Shown in pieces: positions 1 to 12,800 of a DNA stretch of 43,863 nt. The stretch spans positions 1 to 43,863 of the forward strand of contig JAQGDQ010001377.1 of assembly GCA_030141605.1 (NCBI GenBank). Direction: 5' to 3'. Made by a program: the position numbers and the translations under genes. The notes below the pieces were generated by a model. The model was given only the letters and a program-made list of their open reading frames with translations, was not told the origin of the DNA and made no database searches. The first letter of the stretch is position 1; the number at the start of each line of letters is the position of its first letter. Source of the stretch: Tubiluchus corallicola. Lineage: Eukaryota > Animalia > Priapulida.

Positions 1-30
1 CTTTTTAATGCATTTGTTGCTTCTGTTTAG

Positions 31-144
31 AAATCGATGAATGTTCATCTAATCCTTGTCAGAATGGCGGTACTTGTAAAGATGAAATCGATAGCTATAT
101 TTGTTTGTGCGTCAACGGATATACCGGAGATGAATGTGACACAA
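31..144 (+). CDS. EGF-like domain exon 1 (phase 1-1)
   Basis: tttag|..|gtaaaa; 114 nt; [37 protein letters not shown], six-Cys EGF pattern. Confidence 0.9.
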
Positions 145-412
145 GTAAAACCTTTCACGATGCTTTGTATTTTTTATGCATATTATGATACGCAGTGTAG
201 TAGTAGTTTAACAATTGTAAGACAACTTTTGGAATTATCAAAATTAGCCATTTAATTAGAATAAAATGAAAAGTTATAAAATGAAGACAATTCCAGTCAA
301 TGTGACGTTACACAACATTACACTAAGTTAATCAGTGTTACATTTAGCGTGACATTATTGCATATTTTTACCTTACATTATAGAACAATGGCTTTATCTT
401 GTTTTTCTTCAG

Positions 413-526
413 ATATAAATGAATGCTTGTCGAATCCTTGTAAAAATGGAGCTAGCTGTACAGACGAAATCAATAAATACAGTTGTACCTGTCTAAATGG
501 ATTTACTGGAGTTGACTGTGGACAAG
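413..526 (+). CDS. EGF-like domain exon 2 (phase 1-1)
   Basis: ttcag|..|gtaaac; 114 nt; [37 protein letters not shown]. Confidence 0.92.
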
Positions 527-1202
527 GTAAACATTTAACAAAATGTTTTTCTAAAGGTTAACGTATTGGTAATATGCTTAAAAAGTTTTGATAACTTGTA
601 CAACAGAGTAAACAAGCTTTATCGACGAAATTACCCATCCATTAAAAAGTGAAATATGTATAAAAACTCTCAATTTTACTGTTCAATATTATCTCAGGGT
701 ATTTATTCAACATGGCTGCTTAGTCATCCAATCAAATTTTAATTGAGCTGTATCGATAACAGTAAAAGTCTCCATTAATATACAATAATCACATTAATTG
801 GTTCAATTTCGGGCGACATTCCATCTAGAACCAACTTTTAGCAATTATATGGCATTTTAATACTATTAGTGTTAGAACAAACCATTATGTAGGCATCAGA
901 AAATTTAAATGCTAATAGATATTTTTAACAGCATGTTCTGACTAGTGAGTTTTCTCGTGTTACTCTGAAGACACTAATCATGATCTGACACTCACATCTC
1001 TTTTTACTGTGAATAGTGCTGAGACTAACTTACTGAGGCAATCACACTAGAGAGTAACTCTCTGGAAATCAACTCATAGCAACTGTTTGCAATAACTTGT
1101 CAAAAGTAACTCGTGAAGCAGTTCACATTTGGGAGTTTATTGTGAGAGAGGAAATGCACAACAGCAAACTTACTAGTTGGAACATTGACTGTTTTTGTTT
1201 AG

Positions 1203-1316
1203 ATATTGACGAATGTGCATCTATTACTTGTAAGAATGGAGCTACATGCAAAGATGGAATCAGTAACTACACTTGCATTTGCGATTCAGGATACACTGGA
1301 GTTAACTGTGGACAAG
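1203..1316 (+). CDS. EGF-like domain exon 3 (phase 1-1)
   Basis: tttag|..|gtaaaa; 114 nt; [37 protein letters not shown]. Confidence 0.92.
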
Positions 1317-1463
1317 GTAAAATACACCATAATTTTTGCAGGTTACTTTCCACTTGTAATTGTAGTTTGTTCCTACAAATGAGAATATTTCACTGTTTCT
1401 TGTCCATTTTAAGGACAGCAATCTTGACATGTGGCATTTCATGAGAAAAGTTGTTTTTACTAG

Positions 1464-1574
1464 ATATCAACGAGTGCTCATCCAATCCGTGTGTGAATGG
1501 CTCATGTTCTGATTCACATAATGCATACATTTGTACTTGTGATGCCGGATATGTAGGAACTCATTGTGACCAAG
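1464..1574 (+). CDS. EGF-like domain exon 4 (phase 1-1)
   Basis: actag|..|gtaaaa; 111 nt; [36 protein letters not shown] (not in ORF track). Confidence 0.9.
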
Positions 1575-1810
1575 GTAAAACATTATCAAAGTGTCTGTTC
1601 TAGAAAATGCTCTGAAATCTGAATAAAGCAAACATGGATATGGTTTGTCAAATATGTCCAAAAATTATTAAGATAAGATTTTTTTGTGAAGGGTTATACT
1701 GTCAAGAGATTTGAACCTAGTGAGTTTCACGTTCTTTACTATTTCAGATTTTAGTTAAGTTTATATGTCTTGCATCTTCTCACTTCTATAGAAAGACCTT
1801 TCTTCTTTAG

Positions 1811-1924
1811 ATATTAATGAATGCCAGTCTAATCCCTGTAAATATGAAGCAACGTGTATAGATGGAATCGACAAATACACTTGTACTTGTGTTCCTGGAT
1901 TTACTGGACGTACTTGTGGGGAAG
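1811..1924 (+). CDS. EGF-like domain exon 5 (phase 1-1)
   Basis: tttag|..|gtaaaa; 114 nt; INECQSNPCKYEATCIDGIDKYTCTCVPGFTGRTCGE. Confidence 0.9.
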
Positions 1925-2212
1925 GTAAAAGTTGCCACAATGTTTAGTATTATAGGCACAAATTCAAACAAAATATAAATAAGTAAAAAGGACAATATGT
2001 ACAGTTAGTTTGTTATTAATACTGTGAAAGTTTGCATTGCAATTTTTTCAAGGAATTGTAGAAAAATGAATTGAAGAAAAACTTTGTTTCCAGTTTGCTG
2101 TAATTCTGTTTTGGATTTAGTGAATCTGTCTGCTACAGACTTTTTCATGAATTTAGCAAGACTGCTTCTGGAATTGATTAACGCATGAATTTATGTTATT
2201 TTTTCTGCTTAG

Positions 2213-2332
2213 CTATTAATCAGTGCTTGGCTTTTTCTAATCCTTGCCAGAATGGAGCTACATGTGTAGATAGACCCAATAACTACGCTTGCATATGTGC
2301 CAAAGGATTTGCTGGACGCAATTGCGAAAAAG
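2213..2332 (+). CDS. EGF-like domain exon 6 (phase 1-1)
   Basis: cttag|..|gtctag; 120 nt; [39 protein letters not shown]. Confidence 0.88.
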
Positions 2333-2465
2333 GTCTAGATATTATCGTGTTTGCTGCTGTTGAGATTATCGAGTTTTTAAAAATGCCACACAATGTAGAA
2401 CCCAGAGTGGTTTAAATAAATTGAGTAATTTGCATTTCTTTAATGCAATTGCTGCTTCTGTTTAG

Positions 2466-2579
2466 AAATTGATGAATGTTCATCTAATCCTTGTCAGAAT
2501 GGAGGTACTTGTAAAGATGCAATAGATAGCTACATTTGTTTGTGCGTCAACGGATATACCGGAGATGAATGTGAAACAA
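2466..2579 (+). CDS. EGF-like domain exon 7 (phase 1-1), near copy of exon 1
   Basis: tttag|..|gtaaaa; 114 nt; [37 protein letters not shown]. Confidence 0.9.
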
Positions 2580-2797
2580 GTAAAACCTTTCACGATGGTT
2601 TGTATTTTTGTGAGTATTATGATACGCAGTGTAGTTATGCTTAGATTAATGAATAAACCAGATTGCAATTCATATAGTTAACTGATTTTCAAATTTTTGA
2701 ATTCACTTAGAATAAATGTGTAATTGGTGTGCAGTAACCAATCCACTTTTCAAAAAAACTTTATTAACTTTTTAATGGCTACATTATTTTTCTTCAG

Positions 2798-2911
2798 TTG
2801 CCGATTATTGCTCGTCTAATCCTTGCAAAAATGGAGGTACATGTATAGATAGACCCAATAACTACGCTTGCATATGTGCCAAAGGATTTGCTGGACGCAA
2901 TTGCGAAAAAG
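2798..2911 (+). CDS. EGF-like domain exon 8 (phase 1-1)
   Basis: ttcag|..|gtctag; 114 nt; [37 protein letters not shown]. Confidence 0.88.
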
Positions 2912-3101
2912 GTCTAGATATTTTCGTGTTTGCTGCTGTTGAGATTATCGAGTTTATAAAAATGTCACACAATGTAGAACTCAGAGTGGTTTTTGGATTT
3001 TGCTTTTACAAGTTTTCATTTGTTATAAGAAAGTAAAAATGGTTATTCACGTGCGTGTGATGTTTCTGCCCTGCATAATATAAATTTGTGTTTTTGCTTA
3101 G

Positions 3102-3218
3102 ATGTTAAAGATTGCACAAGTAATCCTTGTGAGAATGGAGCTACTTGTATAGACGTGGGTGCCAATGCATACCATTGTTCTTGTGCAGAAGGATATGAAG
3201 GAGTTAACTGTGAACAAG
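3102..3218 (+). CDS. EGF-like domain exon 9 (phase 1-1)
   Basis: cttag|..|gtaagg; 117 nt; VKDCTSNPCENGATCIDVGANAYHCSCAEGYEGVNCEQ. Confidence 0.9.
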
Positions 3219-3463
3219 GTAAGGATTGTCAGTTTTTAAACAGATTGTCAGGTTGTACTATGGAACTTATGTTGAAATAACTAAATGTAAAAACATTGGT
3301 GCATCTTGCTGGTTGATTTCATCATTAAAGTTAATAGCAAAACCTTGCTATTTTTATGAAGTATTAAAACTTATTGTTTTTTATCCTCTGAAAATTATTC
3401 ATCGCTAAGGCCATCCCTTTAAACAGTTTGTACTTTTATTGTCAACATTATTATTTTTAATAA

Positions 3464-3609
<146 letters not shown>

Positions 3610-3959
3610 TATGTATTTTATTTGCTTTCTGAAATTGTTACTGCACATTGCACAAAGATGCAATGAGTATTAGCAGACAACAAGTGTATGTTAACAAAAA
3701 TATGAATTAGCAATCTAATAAAAAGATTAACAAGCACCATTTAGTAGAAGATCGTAAAATGGTTTCTTGACAGAACATTTTATAATGTGCTTAAAATGCA
3801 AAGCATATTTCTAGCATAAATTTAAAAATCATTGACATTAATAAAAAATAACTGCATAACATTGAATATGACATTGACACTTTATTGAATCGTTTAGGCA
3901 CCTACTTAAATAATTTGGGTAATTTGCACCTTTTTAATGCATTTGTTGCTTCTGTTTAG

Positions 3960-4073
3960 AAATTAGTGAATGTTCATCTAATCCTTGTCAGAATGGAGGT
4001 ACTTGTAAAGATGCAATAGATAGCTACATTTGTTTGTGTGTCAACGGATATACCGGAGATGAATGTGAAACAA
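3960..4073 (+). CDS. EGF-like domain exon 10 (phase 1-1), near copy of exon 7
   Basis: tttag|..|gtaaaa; 114 nt; [37 protein letters not shown]. Confidence 0.9.
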
Positions 4074-4282
4074 GTAAAACCTTTCACGATGCTTTGTATT
4101 TTTGTATTATGATAGGCAGTGTAGTTATGCTTAGATTAATGAATAAACCAGATTGCAATTCATATAGTTAACTGATTTTCAAATTTTTGAATTCACTTAT
4201 AATAAATGTGTAATTGGTGTGCAGCAACCACTTTTCAATAAAACTTTATTAAGTTTTTAATGGCTACATTATTTTTCTTCAG

Positions 4283-4396
4283 TTGCCGATTATTGCTCGT
4301 ATAATCCTTGCAAAAATGGAGCTACATGTGTAGATAGACCCAATAACTACACTTGCATATGTGCCAAAGGATTTGCTGGACGCAATTGCGAAAAAG
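4283..4396 (+). CDS. EGF-like domain exon 11 (phase 1-1), near copy of exon 8
   Basis: ttcag|..|gtctag; 114 nt; [37 protein letters not shown]. Confidence 0.88.
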
Positions 4397-4576
4397 GTCT
4401 AGATATTTTCGTGTTTGCTGCTGTTGAGATTATCGAGTTTTTAAAAATGTCACACAATGTAGAACCCAGAGTGGTTTGTGGATTTTGTTTTTACAAGTTT
4501 TAAAAAAGTAAAAATAATTATTCACGTGCATGTGATGTTTCTGACCTGCATAATATAAATTTGTGTTTCTGCTTAG

Positions 4577-4693
4577 ATGTTAAAGATTGCACAAGTAATC
4601 CTTGCAAAAATGGAGGTACATGTAATGAGGGAGGTGACGTGAGTTACGTTTGCTCTTGCACTGCAAATTTTACTGGAGTTAATTGTGAAGCAG
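4577..4693 (+). CDS. EGF-like domain exon 12 (phase 1-1)
   Basis: cttag|..|gtaaca; 117 nt; [38 protein letters not shown]. Confidence 0.9.
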
Positions 4694-5477
4694 GTAACAG
4701 CTCCAGTGTAATTAGCAATAATTATGGCTAATTGTAGTTAATAAAGTTAGAATCTTATTAGTGACAGGATTTTGCTACAAGTAAGGCTTTACTCGGTTCA
4801 TACAGATATTACCAAAAGTTTGAACAGTTTAGCCATGTAAAATTAGAATAAAAATTATGCTAACTTACACTTGGTGACATCTATGATATCATGATGAGCA
4901 CAACGTTTTGTTATAACAGTAAATACTATAAAAAATTTTGTAATAATAATATCTAAGTGTTAAGTGCGTGCAAAAGATAACCGGTAGAAACCTCTTTGAT
5001 GTCAGGTATTTGCTCAAACCCAAACGATGGCTTTTTATGTTTTTCAATTATTTACATGCTGTAAGCACTTATAGCAAGGGAGTTCGTGAGAATGTGTGTT
5101 ACGTTATCAAGTTGGGTAGACAAGCTAATCGTGGCTTGCAATCTCTCTATTGCATATGTTATTGCAGTTGTTGTCATTGCTGCAGATGAGTGGCATAGGG
5201 CCAGTCTTTCACATTCCGTATAGCTTGTACTTCCACTGTATCCCTAGATCTGTAGTGGTTTACAGAGTAAATGTCTGAATCTGAAAGGCTGTGGTATTTC
5301 CAAGGTATAATAGTTAGCACAGCTGCATATAAAGCAGTAGGTCAGCAATTCAAACTTTCTTCTTTCTGACTTTCGTATTTCTTTAGTGCACTTACATGAT
5401 TGTTACACTTATTTTTGTTACTGGCGGCAAATATTCTTGCAAAACAAATTTCAGACTTTTATAATTGTCTTTTGCAG

Positions 5478-5816
5478 GTGTGACACCTATAAAGTTGATC
5501 ATCCCTGCTTTCTGTACGCCTCAGGATTGGAAGGTGAATAACATAGAATGGAAATGGACAGACGGGCATATTGATCTAAAGAACTTTCGTGACCATACAA
5601 TTGTAGCCAATGAGCGCTTTATAGGTCATGTTGGTATGGCCTGGGAGACCAAGTACGATGAACACTGCTCGAACACTTCATTCACTATAGAATATCCATT
5701 GGAAAGTGATGCTGGCATCTACCAGGCTATATTTACACGTGAAAAGGTCTCCAGGCAGGATGTTTTTAATTTCACTGTTCCAGACCATCTAGACGAGAAC
5801 AATCAAGCTATAATAG
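5478..5816 (+). CDS. Ig-like (V/I-set-like) domain exon 1 (phase 1-1)
   Basis: ttttgcag|..|gtttag; 339 nt in frame; C...IEWKW...RF...FTIEYPLESDAGIY is an Ig-type W and DxGxY signature. Confidence 0.78.
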
Positions 5817-6374
5817 GTTTAGTCTACAATTTATTTTATTTACCAAAACAATGGGTTTTTTCCTATCAAAAGTACTCATTATTTAAAATCCAACTACAAC
5901 TATGATATGAGGCCTTACTTTTCCCTAGTTTTAAATATTCTGTAATATCTGAATCATTATATTTATTACACAAAGTGGACATTTTAAACAAGAAAACCTG
6001 AATTAATCAATTTTGTCAACAAAGTTGTTTACACAATTAAATTCTTTCGTACTGCTACTAATAGTAGTAAGTAGTCTGTTCATTAACCAGCATTACACGA
6101 GTATCATTGCGAATTAACACTTCATTTTAAATGCAAATAATTACGTTTTAGTTTTTGATCTGTATTGGCCTACACCTTTCAAAAATAATTTTGTTAGGAT
6201 GAATGGTTGATTTCTATTCTTCAAAAGTGTTTTATTTGCTTTTAAGGTATGATTCATTATAATCCATTGACAGACTGTCGGGAATTACATCAGTAAGGCA
6301 TATCTCGAGTTTTTTTCCCTGTTTGCATAGATCTGTCCTTGCAAACTGGTTTTTCAATGTTTACTTTTTTGCAG

Positions 6375-6661
6375 TTTTTGAAAGCAAAGAGATCAATGTT
6401 ACACAGTTCTTTTGCGTAGACCATGGATACGAAGAAGTAAAATGGGAATGGTCGGGTGGAAGTATCATTCTTATGTCATCAAAGACTTCTTACTATGGGC
6501 GTTTCACTAGTAGAATCGTACCAAGTTCAACCACTGGATGCTACCAAGCAGTGCTAACTATAGATTCTCCTGTAAGAACTGATAGTGGCGTTTATACACT
6601 TGTAGTGACAACAGACAAAGGAATCACACGCAAGTACGAGGTCCATGTTAGAGTGCAATAG
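6375..6661 (+). CDS. Ig-like domain exon 2, ending in stop (probable terminal exon)
   Basis: ttttttgcag acceptor, phase 1; FFC...VKWEW...GRF...LTIDSPVRTDSGVYTLVV...YEVHVRVQ then TAG at 6659-6661. Confidence 0.78.
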
Positions 6662-6841
6662 AAAAACTACAGTGTTTTGCTAAACAAGACATTTTTAAAA
6701 CACATTCAATTGTAGTATTAATTCATTCATCATAAATTCATTATTTATCTAATTTCAATGTTCCGTATCGCATTTTTTATAATTTAGAATTTAACACCTT
6801 TTAACTATTTTGAGACTAAATTTTTTCATTTTTTCATTTAG

Positions 6842-9800
6842 TGCGCTGTGTTTGGATGACGTGAACTCTTATGACTGCATCTGTGTGTCAGGTTTCACGG
6901 GGGTCACCTGTGAAGTAAACATTAATGAGTGTGTTTCAAGTCCTTGTCTGAATAGAGCAATGTGTATAGATGATGTGAATTCATACAGATGCATATGTGC
7001 TGCTGGTTATACTGCTATCTACTGTCAGACCAATATAGATGAATGTGCCTCAAGTCCATGTTCAAATAGTACATCATGTGTTGACAGTATAAATTCTTAC
7101 CACTGCTTGTGTGTACCTGGTTATAGTGGTGACAATTGTGAATTAAATACAGACAAATGTGATTCAAAACCTTGTTTAAATGGTGCAACATGCTTGGATA
7201 ATAGACATTCATATTCTTGTATATGTGCTTTAGGTTATACAGGTTCAACTTGTAAGGATCCAATAAGTGTCTCTGAGTGTGGGCTGTGTTTTAATGGAGC
7301 AACCTGTGTGGGAAGTTTGCAGTCATTCACATGTATATGTTTATCAGGTTACGCAGGTATAAACTGCGAAATAAATATAGATGAATGTAAATCTAAACCT
7401 TGTCTGAATGGTGCAATATGCACTGACAGTATCAATTTATATGTTTGTAATTGTGCCTCGGGATATACGGGCATCAATTGTGAAGAAACCCTTGATTTTT
7501 GCAGCCATAACCGTTGCTTGAATGATGCAACATGTACAAATTTTGTTGACTCTTTTAAGTGTATTTGTCAACTAGGTTATACAGGCACTTACTGTGAAAC
7601 AAATGTAGATGATTGTGCATCTAATCCTTGTTTAAAAGATGAAACTTGTGTGGATGGTATAAATTTTTACAGTTGTAATTGTTTATTAGGTTATAAGCAC
7701 ACCTGCTCTCAGACAAGGTGCTTACCTGATCGCTTGAATACCGCTGTTCTCGAGTATGGTTTGAGTTGCATATCTTCATCATTAACGGTATGTGGAATCG
7801 AGCAAGCAAATGCTGATCTTCTATTGTTAGGAGTTGATCCAGGAATAGGTCAAATTTATCGACCAGAGTGTTCCCAAACAGGCTATAGTCCTTTGCAATT
7901 TCATGATGCCCATGGTTTCACCTGGTGTGTCTTGAAATCTGGTCATGCAGTTCCTGGAACTAAAAGGCAAAAGGGAATTTTACCTTCTGATTGCAATGCT
8001 TTTATAAGGAGACCGGGTATTTGTCCTAACATCACTGAAAATTTTCCTGACATTGATTGTTCTGCACCTGATCATTTACGTATGTCATGCAGCAGCGACA
8101 ATGATTGTTTACCTGAACACAAGTGTTGCACAATTGGTGCATGTGGGAAGGTTTGCACTTCCATTGTGTTAAGCTCAAAAAAACTTGGACTTTGTCCAGT
8201 ACCAGATTACTTTGGCAAAAGTGAATGCCCAAATGCAGTATGCACTGCTGATGATGATTGCAATGGAGAGAAAAAATGTTGCAGGTTTTTTGCATGTGGG
8301 TATGTCTGTGTGTCTCCAATTACAATTAAGAGTAAATCAGGTAGATGCCATAATACAAGTAGATTTATGAATTTAGATTGTCCTTCGAAGTTTTGTAGTA
8401 CTGATATTAACTGTCCCGATAAGCAAAAATGCTGTTATTTTGATGGGTGTGGTAAAGTGTGCTATGCGGCTATAATGAATGGAAATAAGCCTGGTCATTG
8501 TTATGAACCTAGTAAGTTTGACGATGTTGAATGCCCAAGCCGATTTTGTGAGCTTGATAAGGATTGTCCAGCTAAAGAAAAATGTTGTTGGTTTCACACT
8601 TGCGGTAGCGTTTGCTCTTCTCCAATATTGTCAGAGGAAAGGCCTGGGATTTGTTTTACAGATATTGGTTTTGGATATTCTTGTCCAAACCAGACCTGCT
8701 ACAATGACATAGATTGCTCTTCTGAAGAGAAATGCTGCTTCTCTGCAGAATGTGGAACTATCTGTAGCAAATTGTTTTATCATGGTGTAAAGCCTGGTAC
8801 TTGCCCTAACCGTGTGAATGATGTCGACTGCCAATCAAAGCCTTGCATTGATGATATTGATTGTCCTGGACTGCAAAAATGCTGTAGAACTATGTCTTGT
8901 GGTAATGTTTGCTTGATATCAGTAGTTACCAGTTTACAGGAATCTTGCAAATTTAGCGTAGAAAACTGTAAGAAGAAATGTATATTTGGATATATGAAAG
9001 ATCCTAAAACACTTTGCTCTACATGTGACTGTAAACCATCTCCATGTGACAATGTTATATGCCCGGGTTCACTGACATGCAAATTAACCAAAAAGAAATG
9101 TGGGAGTCTTTTTTGTCCTTACCTGGCTAGCTGCATGGCAAATGTAAAGGAAGGAAAGTGTCCAAGATCAGACAAATTTCTTGAAGTAAGCTGTCCATCT
9201 CAGCTTTGTAGAACTGATGCAGGTTGTCCAGGAGAGGAAAAGTGCTGCTTTTTTCGTAATTGTAAGAGAGTCTGTGTTTCACCCGAACTGACCGCTTGCC
9301 AAATTGAACAAGCAAATTTAATTTTACACATGTTAGCAACACATGCTGAACTGCCAAGACCAGCCAAGTCAAAATGTCTGAATAATGGCCATTATAAACC
9401 ATTACAGTTTGATGAAAATTTTAGTTCTTCTTGGTGTGTTTCCTATAATGGCATTGCAATTCCTGGAACAAAACGGCAAGGTCGAGACTTGCCGTATGAT
9501 TGTAATGTTGCAAGGAATAAAATTGGAGTTTGTCATAGTTCCAGTATGTTGAAAAGTAGCGAGTGTCCAACTCATTCTTGTAGCAGTGATAGTGAATGCC
9601 CAGGAGATAAGAGATGTTGCTATTTTGATGCATGTGGGAAGATTTGTTACACTCCATTACTAAACATGAACAAACCAGGCATTTGCCCTATTCTGCCTCC
9701 ATACAATGAAAGTGAATGCCAAAATTTGCCTCAATGTAATAATGATGTTGATTGTCTAAAAGAACAAAAGTGTTGCTATGTTGCAATTTGTGGGCACATT

Positions 9801-12800
9801 TGTATTTCTCCCTTAAAATCTGCTAAGAAACCAGGATCATGCTACAGATCTGATGCATTCGTTGGTAAAAGCTGCCCCTCTAGACTTTGTAGTTTTGATA
9901 TCGACTGCCCCTTTGAAGAGAAATGTTGCTATTTTACACCGTGTGGAAGAGTATGCTATAAACCATTGATGTTGGGAATTAAACCAGGAATTTGCCTTGA
10001 TGAGAATTACTTTTACGGCAAAAAGTGTCCCACCAACATGTGCACGATTGACACAGACTGCTATGAATTTGAAAAATGTTGCTACTTTAGTATGTGTGGA
10101 AACGTGTGCATGAAACCTTTATTATCCATAAATAAACCTGGTATATGCTATAGATATGATGAGTTTGATTTCAGAAAATGCCCGATTGCATCATGTAATA
10201 ATGATATTCACTGTCCTGCAGAAGAGAAATGTTGCACTTTTAGAAAGTGTGGTAATGTTTGCTATAAACCAGTCACAGTTGGTGAAAAGACGGGGATTTG
10301 TCCATCTGTTTTCAATGTCAGAGTATGTCCTCCCCAGGTTTGTAAAAATGATCTTAACTGTCTCGGAGAAAAAAAGTGTTGCCAAATTTTTCCTTGTGGC
10401 CAAGTGTGTGTCATTCCATTTAACAGTGCATGCAACATTAGTATCTACAGTTGCCAAAAGGATTGCATCTATGGCTATGAGAATGACCCAGAAACTCTGT
10501 GCCCTACTTGTACATGCAAACCTTCTCCTTGTTTTAGTGTGAAATGTAGAAAATCACAGATATGTGATGTTGTAGACGCTGATTGTGGTGCTTCTTTTTG
10601 CCCAAAACTTGCTAAGTGTAAGAGAGTGAAGAAAGCTGGAGTTTGTCCTTCTCCAAGATTATTAAATAGCAGTTCTTGCCCTGTTCGTACTTGTTCTTCT
10701 GACAGGGAGTGTGCAGTTGTGGAACAATGCTGCTACTTTGCAGCATGTGGTAGCACCTGTGTTATACCTGTATTAACACCTTGTCAAATAGAATATGCTA
10801 ATGCTCGGTTCAAACCGTCTGCTTCAGTAATTCCTGAATGTTTGGATAACGGCGACTTTAAACCTATCCAAAAGTCGCGTAAAACAGGATATTCCTGGTG
10901 CGTTGACAAGAATGGTATTCCAATTCCAGGATCAAAACAGTCACCAGAATCTTTGTACATTGTCTGTAAACTCGGTCAAACCACAGATTCGCACAAATGT
11001 TCTATTAGCTTGGATAAATGCCCTGAAAAATGCATCCATGGTTATATAGTAGATAATAATACTCTGTGCCCAACTTGTGACTGTAAACCTTCTCCGTGCC
11101 AAGATGCAATATGTTTGGTTTCACAACAATGTGAGTTGGTTGATGTTGATTGCGGCTTCAAATTTTGTCCTAAACTAGCCGAGTGTTCTAAATTTTTTAA
11201 ACCAGGATTGTGTCCAAGGAGAAGTGCAGCGTTTCATAGTACCTTTTCCGGTCAGCCATGTGTTGATGATTTTGAATGCCCCGCAGAAGAGAGATGCTGT
11301 GAAAGAGTTTGTGTAACTCCAGTACTCACTGCCTGTCAGATTGAACAAGCTAACTTCAAACTTATGAATGTAATATCAGACTTTGATAATGAAACTACAG
11401 ATATTTTTCAGCCCAATTGCCATAACAAGGGTTACTATAATCCTGTTCAAATTAAGAAAAGCCTTGGTGATTTCTGGTGTGTTGACAAGGAAGGTTTTCC
11501 TCTACCAGGTTCGAAACAAAAGTTGGAATTATATGATCCAGTTCTCATAAGTTGTCATTCATTAGGCAACTATGCAAAACTTTGTTATGGAGCTAATTAT
11601 TTCGAAAAGGGCAAATGTCCTTCAAGATCGTGTAGCAATGATAGTGGTTGTTTAGTATCTGAAATCTGCTGTCAATTTGATGCATGTGGAAAAGTTTGTT
11701 TTCCACCTCTATTGTCTCTTAATAAACTTGGAATTTGTCCCGAGCCAGCTACACTCTCTGAAAGTAATTGTCCCCCTCAGTCTTGCAGCAATGATATTTA
11801 TTGTCATGGTTCACAAAAGTGCTGCCGGTTTGGTCACTGTGGAAGCGTCTGCGTCAATCCTTTTCCAGTTGTAAATAAACCAGGGTTATGTCATAATTCA
11901 CAAACATTTGACAGGAGAATTTGTCCAAGTGCTCACTGCAAGTATGATATAGACTGCCCGCTTCGGGACAAGTGTTGCCATTTTGAGGCCTGTGGCAAAG
12001 TCTGTTTTACTCCTATGTTTACTGGTAGTAAAAAGGGCTTATGTCCCAATGATGATAAACACGAAAACAGAAAATGTCCTACTGAGTCCTGTGTTGTAGA
12101 TGATGACTGTTCTGGAAACCAAAAGTGCTGTTTTTCTGAGCTATGTGGAAACATTTGCTCATTGCCTATATATTCTGAAAACAAACCGGGTCTTTGTCCT
12201 ACTCTTATCAACAGTTCAGCCAAATGTCCGACTCAGGCTTGTGCTAATGACATAGAGTGTCCTTTGAAGCAGAAATGCTGTCAAGTTGCAGATTGTGGGA
12301 CGGTTTGTTCTGAGCCGTTGCTTAATGTAAGAAAGTCAGGCAATTGCCCTGACAAAGTTGATATTACTGATTGTAATAATCATAGTTGTAATGCAGATGT
12401 TGATTGTCCCGGTGTGCAAAAGTGCTGCACATCGATTTCTTGTGGAAAAGTATGTTCTATGGTGATTGGTATTAATCATCAGTTATGTGAAGTGTCTATT
12501 GAAGATTGTTCAGATAAATGTGTGCATGGTTATGTATTTGATAATCAAACACTTTGTCCCACTTGCAACTGCAAACCTTCTCCGTGCAATGTTATTAAAT
12601 GCGGTGAAGGAGAGAAATGTGTTCTCGTCGATGTGGACTGCCACAGTGATTTTTGTCCGAAACTGGCAAGGTGTTTAGTTGTGACAAAAGTTGGAAAATG
12701 CCCCCAAAATATGACTGCAACTGGTTTGGCGAAGCCTTGTGTAGTAGACAGTCAGTGTCCTGCAGAGGAGAAGTGTTGTAAGTTTGAGAAAGTTGAGGCT

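Noticed and set aside
5168-5304. Possible extra exon between EGF exon 12 and Ig exon 1 (tgcag acceptor, aag|gtat donor)
   Set aside because: In-frame TAG at 5221 in the required phase and no domain signature; at most a decayed exon
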